Positions 39,255 through 49,340 of a stretch of DNA of 64,000 nt are shown one piece after another (position 1 is the first letter of the stretch; every line of letters starts with the position of its first letter). Origin of the DNA: Candidatus Bathyarchaeota archaeon (GTDB lineage Archaea > Thermoproteota > Bathyarchaeia > Bathyarchaeales > Bathycorpusculaceae); the NCBI GenBank assembly GCA_963739305.1, contig CAVTZU010000009.1:20399-84398 (forward strand), written 5' to 3'. Below the pieces are notes generated by a model. It was given only the letters and a program-made list of their open reading frames with translations. It searched no databases and had not been told where the DNA came from. Both the position numbers and the translations under genes were made by a program.

Positions 39255-40430
39255 TTATCTTGTCATCATTCTTCTGAAAACGGGCACTGCGATTGCGATC
39301 ATGATTGCTCCGAACACTATCATCACTGCAAGCTCAGTTGTTATGTCAGGTATTCCTGCGCCTAAAACCATGACTTTTCTCAGGGCTTGCGATGCATAGG
39401 TCAGAGGAAGCACTTTTGAGATGTCTTGCATGTACCACGGCATCTGTTGTACCGGGAAGAACACTCCGCTGAGAAACATCATTGGAAACATAAGCGTCAT
39501 CATCATCATCTGCGCCGTCTCCTGGTCTTTGGCAAAGGACGTTATTACGATGCCCAAGCCGACGAAGCTAAACACGCCTAAGAGCAACAACGCGAAGACG
39601 AGCACTATGCTTCCTTGAATTGCAACGTGGAACAAGACAGTTGCCAGCACCAAGATGACGACTCCTTGCAGCAAGCCTCTTGCAGTCTGACCCAGAGTTT
39701 TCCCAAGTATAATCGAAAGCCTGTTGATCGGCGCAACCATCATTCCGTCCAAAGTTCCAACTTCCTTCTCCTGCGATATTGCCACAGGAAGCCCTGTCAT
39801 GACGCTCATCATCACAGTCATCGCCATTATCCCCGGAGCGATAAAGTCAAAGTAACTGGGGGTCCCGGATACAACTCCCACAGTCTGAACACTGTAAGGC
39901 TTCACGGCCGCTAGGCCTGTTTGATTTAGCCTCTGAAGAGCTAAAGCTGTTCCCATTTGATCAAATACAGCTGACAAAGCTGCCTGAATGGTTGCCGACA
40001 CCTGCGGGTTAGACTGGTCAATTACGATGATCAGGGTACCTTGTTGACCGGCCACGATACTTGCAGTGAAATTGCTAGGGATGATTATGCCGCCTTCAAT
40101 ATCGCCTTTCTGAACCAGGCTCCTGATGTCGTCAGCACTCGTTGCATTGGAAAGAACGAAAGTGTCTGTCATGTTGTTGATATGTTGAAATGCCATCGTG
40201 AAATTCTGTCCAAAGAAAATAGAATTGCCATAACCAGCATCTTCGTTTGCGAGTGCAACAGGCAAGTTCGTCGGTAAGCTGTTGCCAGATGGATAAATGA
40301 AGCCGACCATGACCATCATGAACAAAGGCATCAGAACAAGCAGGACTAACCCGAGCCGATTCCGATACAGCTCCGTCAAATCTTTCCAAGCAATCCTGAA
40401 AGTGTGCGAAACTAGAGTCTTTGCACCCAT
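39255..40430 (-). CDS. ABC-2 transporter permease
   Basis: FIAPGIMAM, EKEVGTL, FLSGVFFP, PLTYA. Confidence 0.92.
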   Translation of the reverse strand: MGAKTLVSHTFRIAWKDLTELYRNRLGLVLLVLMPLFMMVMVGFIYPSGNSLPTNLPVALANEDAGYGNSIFFGQNFTMAFQHINNMTDTFVLSNATSADDIRSLVQKGDIEGGIIIPSNFTASIVAGQQGTLIIVIDQSNPQVSATIQAALSAVFDQMGTALALQRLNQTGLAAVKPYSVQTVGVVSGTPSYFDFIAPGIMAMTVMMSVMTGLPVAISQEKEVGTLDGMMVAPINRLSIILGKTLGQTARGLLQGVVILVLATVLFHVAIQGSIVLVFALLLLGVFSFVGLGIVITSFAKDQETAQMMMMTLMFPMMFLSGVFFPVQQMPWYMQDISKVLPLTYASQALRKVMVLGAGIPDITTELAVMIVFGAIMIAIAVPVFRRMMTR

Positions 40431-40436
40431 AATGGG

Positions 40437-41462
40437 TCACCTTCCCCTCCCTTGCTGAGGCGCTCCAAAGTGACGACGACCCATCGCCATCGGTATCTTT
40501 TGGTCTGCGCTATCTCTTACCTCGTGACCAGTTATGTGCAAGAACACATCCTCAAGAGTAGGCTGAGGATTTTCCATAGAATTTATCTTTCCGCCTTTCT
40601 CCCTCACAGCGTCAATTACTGAGTCGAACGCCTCATCGCCGTGGGCAATGATTCTCAAATGGGTAGAATTCTCTTGAGAAACTGCATCCGTGCACTTGCA
40701 CGCCCGGATTGCCTCAATAATACCGGGTGATAAGTTTCCAATCTCTAGGTTCAGTATTGTCGTGTCCTTTCCAGAAATGAGCCTCTTTAAATTCGTAGAC
40801 GTGTCAAGCGCAACAATTTTGGCATGGTCCATAATGCCTATGCGATCACACAGCAAATCGGCATCGACCATCATATGCGTCGTTATAAGAATTGTGGTCT
40901 TATTTTCTCTATTGAGTTTCTTTATGAACTCTCTAATCTCAACAGACGATTGAGGATCCAAACCCAGAGTTGGCTCATCCAAGAATAGCACCTGAGGCAT
41001 GTTGAGCAGAGCCCGTATCACGTTCATCCTCTGTCGCATGCCAGTGGAAAACGTTCCCACCTGAGCATTCTTCCATTTGGTAAGTTGAACCAGCTCCAGC
41101 AGGTCATCAATTCTCTTCATCAAGACGCTTTTAGGAATGTTGAAGAGATTTCCGAAGAAGATCAAGTTCTCTTTAGCCGTCAGTCGATTGTACATAATCA
41201 TCTTTTCGGAAACGATTCCTATCAGTTTCCTCACTTCATTATCGTTCTTCACTATGTCGTAACCGCCAATCGTGGCAGTTCCCTTTGTTGGCCTGGCTAA
41301 TGTGGAGAGCACTCTTAACGTCGTACTCTTACCAGCTCCGTTGGGACCGAGCAGACCGAAAATCTCGCCTTTCTTCACGTCGAAGGAGATGCTGTCGACC
41401 GCCACGAAATCGCCGAAAGCCTTCGTCAAGTTTTTAATCTCAATTATTGGATCATTTTCCAA
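40437..41462 (-). CDS. ABC transporter ATP-binding protein (DrrA-like)
   Basis: GPNGAGKST, FSTGMRQR, FLDEPT; TTG start at 41462 after GGTGATGG. Confidence 0.92.
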   Translation of the reverse strand: MENDPIIEIKNLTKAFGDFVAVDSISFDVKKGEIFGLLGPNGAGKSTTLRVLSTLARPTKGTATIGGYDIVKNDNEVRKLIGIVSEKMIMYNRLTAKENLIFFGNLFNIPKSVLMKRIDDLLELVQLTKWKNAQVGTFSTGMRQRMNVIRALLNMPQVLFLDEPTLGLDPQSSVEIREFIKKLNRENKTTILITTHMMVDADLLCDRIGIMDHAKIVALDTSTNLKRLISGKDTTILNLEIGNLSPGIIEAIRACKCTDAVSQENSTHLRIIAHGDEAFDSVIDAVREKGGKINSMENPQPTLEDVFLHITGHEVRDSADQKIPMAMGRRHFGAPQQGRGR

Positions 41463-41489
41463 GAGACCATCACCGAGAGATATTGTTCG

Positions 41490-42197
41490 GTGCAATATAT
41501 CGTAGTAAAATATAAATATTCCGATTATATTCAGATGCGAAAGATGAACCCAAAACGCAGTGAAGACGAAATAACTGCTGGGCACTGGCTCAAGGAAACG
41601 CAGAAGGGCTACATACGTATTGCGGCGCTGATTCTTCTAAGCAAAAGGCCGTATCACGGCTATGAAATAATGAGAGAGATCAAAGAAAGAACCATGGGTT
41701 TTTGGAGACCCACCGCTGGCGGCATCTATCCCATACTTCGAAACCTAGAAGATTCCAGATACATCGAGGGAAAATGGGAGGTTCAGAAGAAAAGAAAAAG
41801 AAAGATATTTCGAATCACCGAGGCGGGCAAGCAGGTTTTACAGCGGTCTCTGGCCAAAGAGAATCAAATTGCCAATAGCATGACCGGCCTATTCACAGAA
41901 TTCATGAAAAGCGTGTTGGACGTAGAGAAGACCGTTTCAATCCCAAGAATACCGAACCTTTTCTCAGTCTTCCTTGAAGAGAGAAAAGAAAAACCAGAAG
42001 ACACGAAGAACGTCTTAGAAAGCAAGCGCAAACAGATTGAGAAAATGATAAAAGAGTTACAGAAAGAGCTAGCGGCAATCAACAGAAGAGTAGCCCAACT
42101 AGAACGTCTTGAACAGAAAACAATACATTTAGCAAGAGTTCAAGGTTCACACGATAACACGAGAATCACTGTTTTTGGAGCAACCGGTCGCGCATAA
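41490..42197 (+). CDS. PadR family regulator with coiled-coil tail
   Basis: HGYEIMREI..GGIYPIL..LE..RKIFRITEAG. Confidence 0.9.
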   Translation: MQYIVVKYKYSDYIQMRKMNPKRSEDEITAGHWLKETQKGYIRIAALILLSKRPYHGYEIMREIKERTMGFWRPTAGGIYPILRNLEDSRYIEGKWEVQKKRKRKIFRITEAGKQVLQRSLAKENQIANSMTGLFTEFMKSVLDVEKTVSIPRIPNLFSVFLEERKEKPEDTKNVLESKRKQIEKMIKELQKELAAINRRVAQLERLEQKTIHLARVQGSHDNTRITVFGATGRA

Positions 42198-42226
42198 CTT
42201 ACATACACCGGTTCTGCTAAGTTGAA

Positions 42227-42727
42227 TTATCTACTTTCCTGCAGGCGCGCACGCGCTTCAGCGATCTCGAGCGAGTGCAGGATTAGAATTAAAGCAAGAA
42301 AAGCCGTGAACCCCAGAATTATGGCTATTACAAGCATGAAACGTCCTGCTAGGCATATGTTGTTATACGCAGCAGGATACGATATCTCAAAGCCTACTAA
42401 GCCCACGCCTAAAAAACTAAACAGGAAAAATATTCCGGAAGCACAAATCAATCCGGCAAAGAGCAAAACTCCTCTTTTCCAATTATTTGCCGCATACGTC
42501 AGCCAGAAACCAATGCAAACGCACACGAGGACTGTCACCAAAAGCCCTACATCAATTGCCACACTGGGTCCTGGAGGAGCCTGATCAGACTGATATAGAA
42601 TTGCATAGACGAGGAAAGAAGCGAGGATCACAAGCGCAATTAGCAGTGGTACGAGAATTGTTCTACGTTTTCTGTTCCCTGGTTCTGCCAACATGCTGAA
42701 AACCTCCAGGGGGTCGCAACTATTCAT
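42227..42727 (-). CDS. four-TM hypothetical protein
   Basis: Four hydrophobic segments. Confidence 0.65.
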   Translation of the reverse strand: MNSCDPLEVFSMLAEPGNRKRRTILVPLLIALVILASFLVYAILYQSDQAPPGPSVAIDVGLLVTVLVCVCIGFWLTYAANNWKRGVLLFAGLICASGIFFLFSFLGVGLVGFEISYPAAYNNICLAGRFMLVIAIILGFTAFLALILILHSLEIAEARARLQESR

Positions 42728-42993
42728 TTGAGGCTATGTTGTACAAGTGGCTGTCGGTGTGGAGCGCACGCGAAAATACTTTCTGAGAACGTCGAGGTTG
42801 TCACCATAATACGTTAGCCAATAACTCAGCAAGACGCCTACACGCAAATACGTTTAAGAGTAAATTCGGATTATTTCAGACTAGAGGAGACAGATCATCT
42901 GGAGGACACAAACTCGGGATCATGCCTTTGTCTCTTCCTGATTTCACCCCGACAAAGAGAATGACCTGAACGATTCTGAGGAGAAATTGAAAT

Positions 42994-44025
42994 TTGCAGC
43001 TTACAACCTTAGCAAAGGCAGCTTCTCGCTTCGTGAAAAACTCTGGAGAGGTGAAGTTTGCCCTCATCCAAGTTACAACGAGATGCAACGCGCGGTGCGT
43101 TGACCGATGCGATATTTGGGCGCTGCCACCAATTGATATGAAACTGGACGATTTGACCTATGCAATAGATGTTTTGGCAAAGAACGGTTTTTCAATCATA
43201 TACTTCACAGGCGGCGAAACTGGATTATACCCGCACTTGGCTGAAGCAGTGGAGTACGCCAAGAGAAAGGGCATGATCACATCAATAACGACAAACGGCA
43301 CCATTTCTCAAGCTACTCTGAACAGACTGAGAAACAATCTGGATGTCCTGTCTGTCTCAGTAGACCATTACAAAGAAGGCTTGTGGGACAACGCAAAATG
43401 CATCAGGGGAATATCAAAGAAAGCCAAGGAAACCATCCGAACGGCAAAAGCCTACGGAATAAAACTCTATGCCATTACTTTTCTTAATCCCGCTTGGACC
43501 GTCAAAGACGTGGAGCAAGTCGTTCGCTACGTAAATGAGGAACTGGGCGTCTCCTTCGCGTTGTCCTACCCTTATACCTCTTCAAACAAAGGGACATTCG
43601 TGGTCGGCGGAACCCTGTATAGTTCACTCTCTAAAAGACAAAGAAACATGAGAAACATGGTGGCCAAAGTCCTGCAAATGAAACTGCACGGCTCTGACGT
43701 CGTCACTGCATCCTGCTACTTGAGGGATGTACTGCGAGCTCATGATGGTCTTTCCAGCAGATATCCTTGCAAAGCCGGCGAAACAATAATAACGATTGAC
43801 TGTAACCTGAACGTGTTCCCATGTTACAAACGAGAAAAAATGTTCAATCTTAGAGAACGCCAAGACTTGGGCCTGTTGGCTCCAGACAATTCCAGATGCG
43901 ATAACACACAATGCTTGATAAACTGCTTCAAAGAGGCTTCTCTCGCTTCAAAAGAGACATTCTTCAGAGCAGTCAAAGAAGAACTCGTTTCCAATCCCAA
44001 GTTTTATCTAAAAATGATCAGCTAA
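42994..44025 (+). CDS. radical SAM protein with atypical CX3CX3C motif and Cys-rich C-terminus
   Basis: CNARCVDRC, FTGGE, TTNG, SVD; C..VFPC..C..C..C tail. Confidence 0.85.
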   Translation: MQLTTLAKAASRFVKNSGEVKFALIQVTTRCNARCVDRCDIWALPPIDMKLDDLTYAIDVLAKNGFSIIYFTGGETGLYPHLAEAVEYAKRKGMITSITTNGTISQATLNRLRNNLDVLSVSVDHYKEGLWDNAKCIRGISKKAKETIRTAKAYGIKLYAITFLNPAWTVKDVEQVVRYVNEELGVSFALSYPYTSSNKGTFVVGGTLYSSLSKRQRNMRNMVAKVLQMKLHGSDVVTASCYLRDVLRAHDGLSSRYPCKAGETIITIDCNLNVFPCYKREKMFNLRERQDLGLLAPDNSRCDNTQCLINCFKEASLASKETFFRAVKEELVSNPKFYLKMIS

Positions 44026-44142
44026 ACAAGAACTGGAATGTGATGATCTCGCGCGCGTCAAACATCCGCACTTATCGACTGGATGCTTCAGATAACTCTT
44101 TATTCCATTGATTCGACCTAATCTTTCACGAAGGAATGCAGG

Positions 44143-45345
44143 TTGAAGGCGGACATCGATCGGATTCTCGCAGACAACGAGTTTGGCTCGATGTTGATGT
44201 ACTCTGGGAGCTATACAAACGTCAACATGTTTTACATCAGCGGTTTCTTGGCGATTGACCCTTTCATTTATCTCAAGAAGGTTGACGGAGAGCCGATTAT
44301 TGTGATCAACCAGATGGAGTTGGATAGAGCAAAGAAAGAGTCGGCGGTCAAGGACGTTCGTTCAACTCATGACTATGACTTCATGAAGTTCTTCAAATCG
44401 GCTTCTGATCCCAAAGTTGGGGGGATGAAGTTCGTTGCGTCCGTTGCCAAGAAAGAACTGGGAATCGACAAGCCAATTTACGTTCCGCCAGATTTCCCCG
44501 TAATGTTTGCGGACACTTATCGGAAAGAAGGGTTGAAGATTAAACCGATGCTCGACGTGCTCGAGAAAGCAAGAGAAACTAAAGACCCTGAAGAAATCAA
44601 AGCTATTACGTCTGTTCAAAGAGTTGTTGAAAAGGCGACTTCCAAAGCGATCGAAGAGATTTCTAGCGCCGAAGTTGGACAGGACGGCACGTTATTCACG
44701 CGATTAAACGGTAAGAGAGAGAAACTGACTGTTGGAAGGGTTCGAGGTATTTTTGATCACACCTTCGTTGACGATGGCTGCGTCGCTGAGGAGGAGACGA
44801 TGATACCGTGTGGGCCCAAGAGTGCGATTGGCCACTATGCTGGCAAAGTGAGCGATGTTTTGAAGGCGAATGAGCCGATTGTGATGGACGTTTTTCCGAA
44901 GAGCATCGGCAAACGGTATGTTTCAGACATGACCCGGACAGTCGTGAAGGGAAGAGCATCAAAGACTATCAGGAAAATGTTTGAGACTGTGGCCGAAGTT
45001 AGACAAGCTTCGATCGACGCCATTAAGGCTGGCGTGACAGGCAGTCATATGCAGGAACTGTGTTATCGCCTTTTCGAGAAAGCTGGTTACGACACGATCA
45101 AGGGCGGAAAGAGAATCAGCAAAGGATACACGCACAGTCTTGGACACGGAGTTGGCTTACAGGTACATGAAGGACCAGGAATGCACGAATTCAACAAGCT
45201 TCCGCTTCAAGAACACAACGTGGTTACAGTTGAACCTGGACTCTACGACCCTGAAGTAGGCGGCGTCAGAATAGAAGACATAGTCGAAGTAAGTGCAAGC
45301 AGCTGCTGCAACCTGACGAAGATGAAGATATCCCTTGAAATCTGA
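44143..45345 (+). CDS. Xaa-Pro aminopeptidase (M24B)
   Basis: SDMTRT, HSLGHGVGLQVHEGP, VTVEPGLY, GVRIED. Confidence 0.92.
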   Translation: MKADIDRILADNEFGSMLMYSGSYTNVNMFYISGFLAIDPFIYLKKVDGEPIIVINQMELDRAKKESAVKDVRSTHDYDFMKFFKSASDPKVGGMKFVASVAKKELGIDKPIYVPPDFPVMFADTYRKEGLKIKPMLDVLEKARETKDPEEIKAITSVQRVVEKATSKAIEEISSAEVGQDGTLFTRLNGKREKLTVGRVRGIFDHTFVDDGCVAEEETMIPCGPKSAIGHYAGKVSDVLKANEPIVMDVFPKSIGKRYVSDMTRTVVKGRASKTIRKMFETVAEVRQASIDAIKAGVTGSHMQELCYRLFEKAGYDTIKGGKRISKGYTHSLGHGVGLQVHEGPGMHEFNKLPLQEHNVVTVEPGLYDPEVGGVRIEDIVEVSASSCCNLTKMKISLEI

Positions 45346-45369
45346 TGCCTAGATTGGAAGAGTCTAACA

Positions 45370-46492
45370 TTGCTAATCTCAACATTGGAAACAACTCAAG
45401 CTGGACACAGCAAATTGTTGCACAAGACGCTTGATAGGGAACAGACGCATGAAAAGAGCGATGGAGTGAGATACATCGACACTTTTCTCTCTTTGCTGAA
45501 ATCAAGGTTCTTCACGCATAAGCCCTTCTTCCTAGCGCACGCGATCACTTATGGCTGCAATTCCAAGTGTAAAACATGCACTTACTGGCAAATGTCGAGC
45601 AGAATTAACGATGACTTGTCCACTCAAGATGTCTTCACTCTTCTCGACGAAGCCTACGCCTCTGGCATGCGCGGTTACTACCTCTTTGGCGGGGAACCTA
45701 TCATCAGAAAGGACATCGGAAGAGTTGTCGATTACGCAAAGGACAAGGGTTTCTTGACGACGATGAACACTAACGCGTCCCTCCTTGCAACAAAGGCGAA
45801 GGACCTAGCCAACCTCGACTTCATCTTCGTTTCGCTGGACTATTTCAACGAGTACCACGACTTCATCAGAGGGAGAAATGGTTCCTTCAACGAAGTCATC
45901 AAGGGCATTGAAAGAATCAGGCAAGTAGGGGACACCAGAGTCACTTTGGTGACTACGATTAGCACGTTGAACCTGGATGCCGTCGAACCGATGGCGAAAC
46001 TTGCCCGTGACCTTCACGTTGGCATTTCATACAATTCAGTTGAGCCCACTGTTCAATCCAGCTTTGAGAAGGGAAGAACAGAATCGCCCGTGCAGGACTA
46101 TGGACTGAGCAAGGAGCAACTCAGAGCCTTCTACCGTTCTCTGTTGAGACTGAAGCGGGAAGGCTATCCTTTGATGGAAACGGAATACGTGCTGAAACAC
46201 TTCACAGAGAGGCAAACGCTGGACCTGTCAGTTCCCGAAGATGTTTGTCTACGTGTCCGCCGACAAGAAGATCTTCAGCTGCACGTACGATCACACCTAC
46301 GATCTTAAGAAAGGATCATTCGAAGACTACTTTTCGAGCAGACTCTACCGAGATCACGTTTCCAGAGCTGAGAAGTGCAACGTGTGCGTGAGGACTTGCG
46401 TCAGAGGTTACTCATACGCTTATGATTTGAAGCCTTTGAACCTCATGAACCTCGTTGGAGACGGGAAAATTCTGTACAGACAACGAATATGA
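45370..46492 (+). CDS. radical SAM protein with Cys-rich (twitch/SPASM-like) C-terminus, frameshift near 46210; start probably about 45466
   Basis: CNSKCKTC, GGEP, NTN; continues ..WTCQFPKMFVYV..CNVCVRTC. Confidence 0.82.
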
Positions 46493-46784
46493 CGGCTCGG
46501 GAAATCAATCCTTCAATGCTGTCACGATTTCATCGGTTCATAAACTTGGTGAAGATTTTAGGTTAGGAGAAGATTCGATCCGAGAAATTGGGAGTTTGGT
46601 GCAGTCATTCCTTCGTCAAACTCTAGACTCGCTTTAGTCCGGTTGTGGCAATATTTGAATGCCAGTCTGCAAACGCGCGCCGTTGCGAATGTTCGGAAGT
46701 GTTGATGGAAATCGTCGAAGTGGCCTTGGCTGAGGAAGAGGTTGCGGTGGTTCTGGCTCGAAGTTATGTCTGCTTGGAAACATC

Positions 46785-47714
46785 CTATTCGTCACTCTCA
46801 CTCTTTGCGAGGCTCGAAATGACTGTAAAGTCTATCAATTTTTCTCCGCGCAATATCGACAGTTTCACCTTTTTTCCAACAACGTCTTCAGTGAGGAGTC
46901 TCGGAAGATCATAGAAGTCTAAGACGGGTTCCCCATTGAACTTCACTATCACGTCACCCATTGCAAGACCAGCCTTTCTTGCGGGTGAATCCGGTTCAAC
47001 CGAGAAAATCATGACCCCAGTGTCTTGTTTGATCCCTGTTGTTTCTACCGTGTCCGTTGAGATTGGAACAGTGTTCGAGATAATGCCCAGATATCCTCTT
47101 TTGATTTTGCCTCCGTTCATAAGCCTATCAGTAACGTTCTTGACTTTGTTGATGGGAATCGCTATGCCGCGAGACCAGACGTAAGCCGTATTCAACCCGA
47201 TCATCATTCCAGAAGCATCAACAAGCGGTCCGCCTGAGAAGCCTGGATTCAGTTTCGCATCCGTCGCGATCACGTTTTCCATCGCAGTTCCTCTCCACCC
47301 TCTGAGTGTGCTTCCCACACTTGTCACGATGCCTGTTGTGACGCTTGGCTGTCTGTTGAATGGATTCGCAAGAGCCAGAACGAACTGCCCAGGACTCAAC
47401 TTGTCCGAGTTGCCGACTTCAATAGGCTTCAAATCTGCATGTTCTGCCTTAAGCAACGCGATGTCGGAGTAGGGATCGATTCCCACTATCTTCGCATCGA
47501 GAATCTTCTCTCCTGAACCAATTTTGACCGAGGCGCTTCTTCCAAGAACATGACTGCACGTTACGACATGACCGTCTGAGTTGAGTACAACACCCGTTCC
47601 TCTCGTCATGCTTGTGTTCACGTTGACGACTGACGGTGCAAGCTTTCGAACGAGTTCAGCGGTAGCGTCAGAGATTGACTTCAACACCTGCAAATAATTG
47701 ACCGATTCACTCAT
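46785..47714 (-). CDS. HtrA/DegP-like trypsin-like serine protease with PDZ domain
   Basis: VTCSHV, DIALL, LNPGFSGGPL, SPARKAGL. Confidence 0.92.
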   Translation of the reverse strand: MSESVNYLQVLKSISDATAELVRKLAPSVVNVNTSMTRGTGVVLNSDGHVVTCSHVLGRSASVKIGSGEKILDAKIVGIDPYSDIALLKAEHADLKPIEVGNSDKLSPGQFVLALANPFNRQPSVTTGIVTSVGSTLRGWRGTAMENVIATDAKLNPGFSGGPLVDASGMMIGLNTAYVWSRGIAIPINKVKNVTDRLMNGGKIKRGYLGIISNTVPISTDTVETTGIKQDTGVMIFSVEPDSPARKAGLAMGDVIVKFNGEPVLDFYDLPRLLTEDVVGKKVKLSILRGEKLIDFTVISSLAKSESDE

Positions 47715-47784
47715 TATTTCACCTCATAGAAGAAGATACACAGGCGCTATTTGTTGACTAACAAACGTGAAAAGTCGGTCACAT

Positions 47785-48399
47785 TTACGCTGGCGTCAGA
47801 TACACATCGGAATTTCCAAAATATGCTACCCGTCTGAGCAGCTGTGAACGCGAACAAAGTCTGCTTATGTGAGCTAACAATTGATGAGAAGCTTTCAAAG
47901 CCACGTTTAGATTCCTGTCTTGCAGGAACTTGGCTTCTATCGTGAGCGCCGTTTCTGAGATAGTTGCGCTAACCTGGATGGCATCGTCCTCGGTGATCCA
48001 CTTCAGAGTAACACCCTGACCGTTGTTCGAGAGACCCAACCAGCGAAGTGAACCGAACCATTTCCCCTTAAGGCTCGAGATCAACCGTGGGATCGGCACG
48101 TCAGATGGCAGAAACGTTTGAAGCAAAGGCATGCGAGAGCCATCGTCTGAAGTTTGGGGGAGCGGCAGCAAGTCGCTGATCTTGGAAGTGACCTCATAAC
48201 CTGAAGGCCCTTTCTTCACGATGCCCTCCTCTTCTAGCCTGTCAAGTATTCGAGAGAGCGTCTCGGGATGCAACCCCAACCGCCTCTTCAATCCGTCGAA
48301 CGAAAACGTCGCTAAATCCTCTTCGCCTATCAACGCTAGAACATCGTTGTCCCGTTCACCGAATTGAGCATCACAAAGGTCGTGACGGTCGGCATCCAA
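47785..48399 (-). CDS. winged-HTH hypothetical protein
   Basis: FSFDGLKRRLGLHPETLSRILDRLEEEG. Confidence 0.75.
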   Translation of the reverse strand: MDADRHDLCDAQFGERDNDVLALIGEEDLATFSFDGLKRRLGLHPETLSRILDRLEEEGIVKKGPSGYEVTSKISDLLPLPQTSDDGSRMPLLQTFLPSDVPIPRLISSLKGKWFGSLRWLGLSNNGQGVTLKWITEDDAIQVSATISETALTIEAKFLQDRNLNVALKASHQLLAHISRLCSRSQLLRRVAYFGNSDVYLTPA

Positions 48400-48553
48400 G
48401 GTTTACGTCGTCACCAGAATGATAGTGAAATTAGCATGCCCCTATTAAGGAATACCCAACCAGCGAAACCAAAGGTTCCGTGCCTTTTCAGAGCAGATTC
48501 AAAAATCAACATAGTGCCATAAAAGCATAAAGGCGCTCTGCGTCTAGCGCGCG

Positions 48554-49213
48554 CTATGATGCCTGCGAGTTTCTGAATTCTCTGGCTACTAGTATGGTGG
48601 CTATCGGAAATAGGACGCCCCAAACGAAGCTGGCGAGTATGTTTACCATGAAAATGCCCAGTGCATTACCAATTAGGAATCCAATACCAACAATTCCGTT
48701 CGCAATGAATAGCCACTTGATGGCACGTTCGGATTTCCCTGCGAAGACTGGAGCTGCACATAACAGGGCAATACCCATGAAGCCGTACCCGAGTGCAGCA
48801 AATGTCCAGAAGAAGGAATGAGGATTAGGAGTGGCAAACTGCCATACTCCTGCTGTTTCGTGGTTCACGATGCCCTGTCGGACAAAAGTTAACTGAACGT
48901 AGTAGTGGATGCTGAGGACGGCGGCGCAGATTAGGGCGAAAGAAAAGCCTAGTTGACTCAAAACTTTCTGGTCATCAGCAGCGTAGTGATGAATAGCAAG
49001 CATCAATATGACGAACAGGGGCGCAAGCAGCAGCGATGGGATAAACGGCAACATTTGCAAACTATTGAAGGTACTTACGTAAGCTTCTATGCTGGTGATT
49101 GTGGTCATGGGAAAAAGGATGGCCGATAAAATCATACCTGCATCAATTGAGATAACAAGCAAGGTGATAATGACTGCTGACCAAAACCCCAGTCGGCTCG
49201 TAAGTTTATTCAT
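48554..49213 (-). CDS. multi-TM hypothetical membrane protein
   Basis: About six TM segments; flanked by (GC)4 tracts at 48547 and 49267. Confidence 0.75.
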   Translation of the reverse strand: MNKLTSRLGFWSAVIITLLVISIDAGMILSAILFPMTTITSIEAYVSTFNSLQMLPFIPSLLLAPLFVILMLAIHHYAADDQKVLSQLGFSFALICAAVLSIHYYVQLTFVRQGIVNHETAGVWQFATPNPHSFFWTFAALGYGFMGIALLCAAPVFAGKSERAIKWLFIANGIVGIGFLIGNALGIFMVNILASFVWGVLFPIATILVAREFRNSQAS

Positions 49214-49340
49214 TTCAAGTTCACAAGTAAATATTCGTAATATGAGTCAAAGTATTTATCACTGCAGCGCGCGCTAGTCTTCTCCATAACGGATAAATTA
49301 CCTAATAAGGTATAGTTTTAATTGAATTGGGGAAGGGAGA

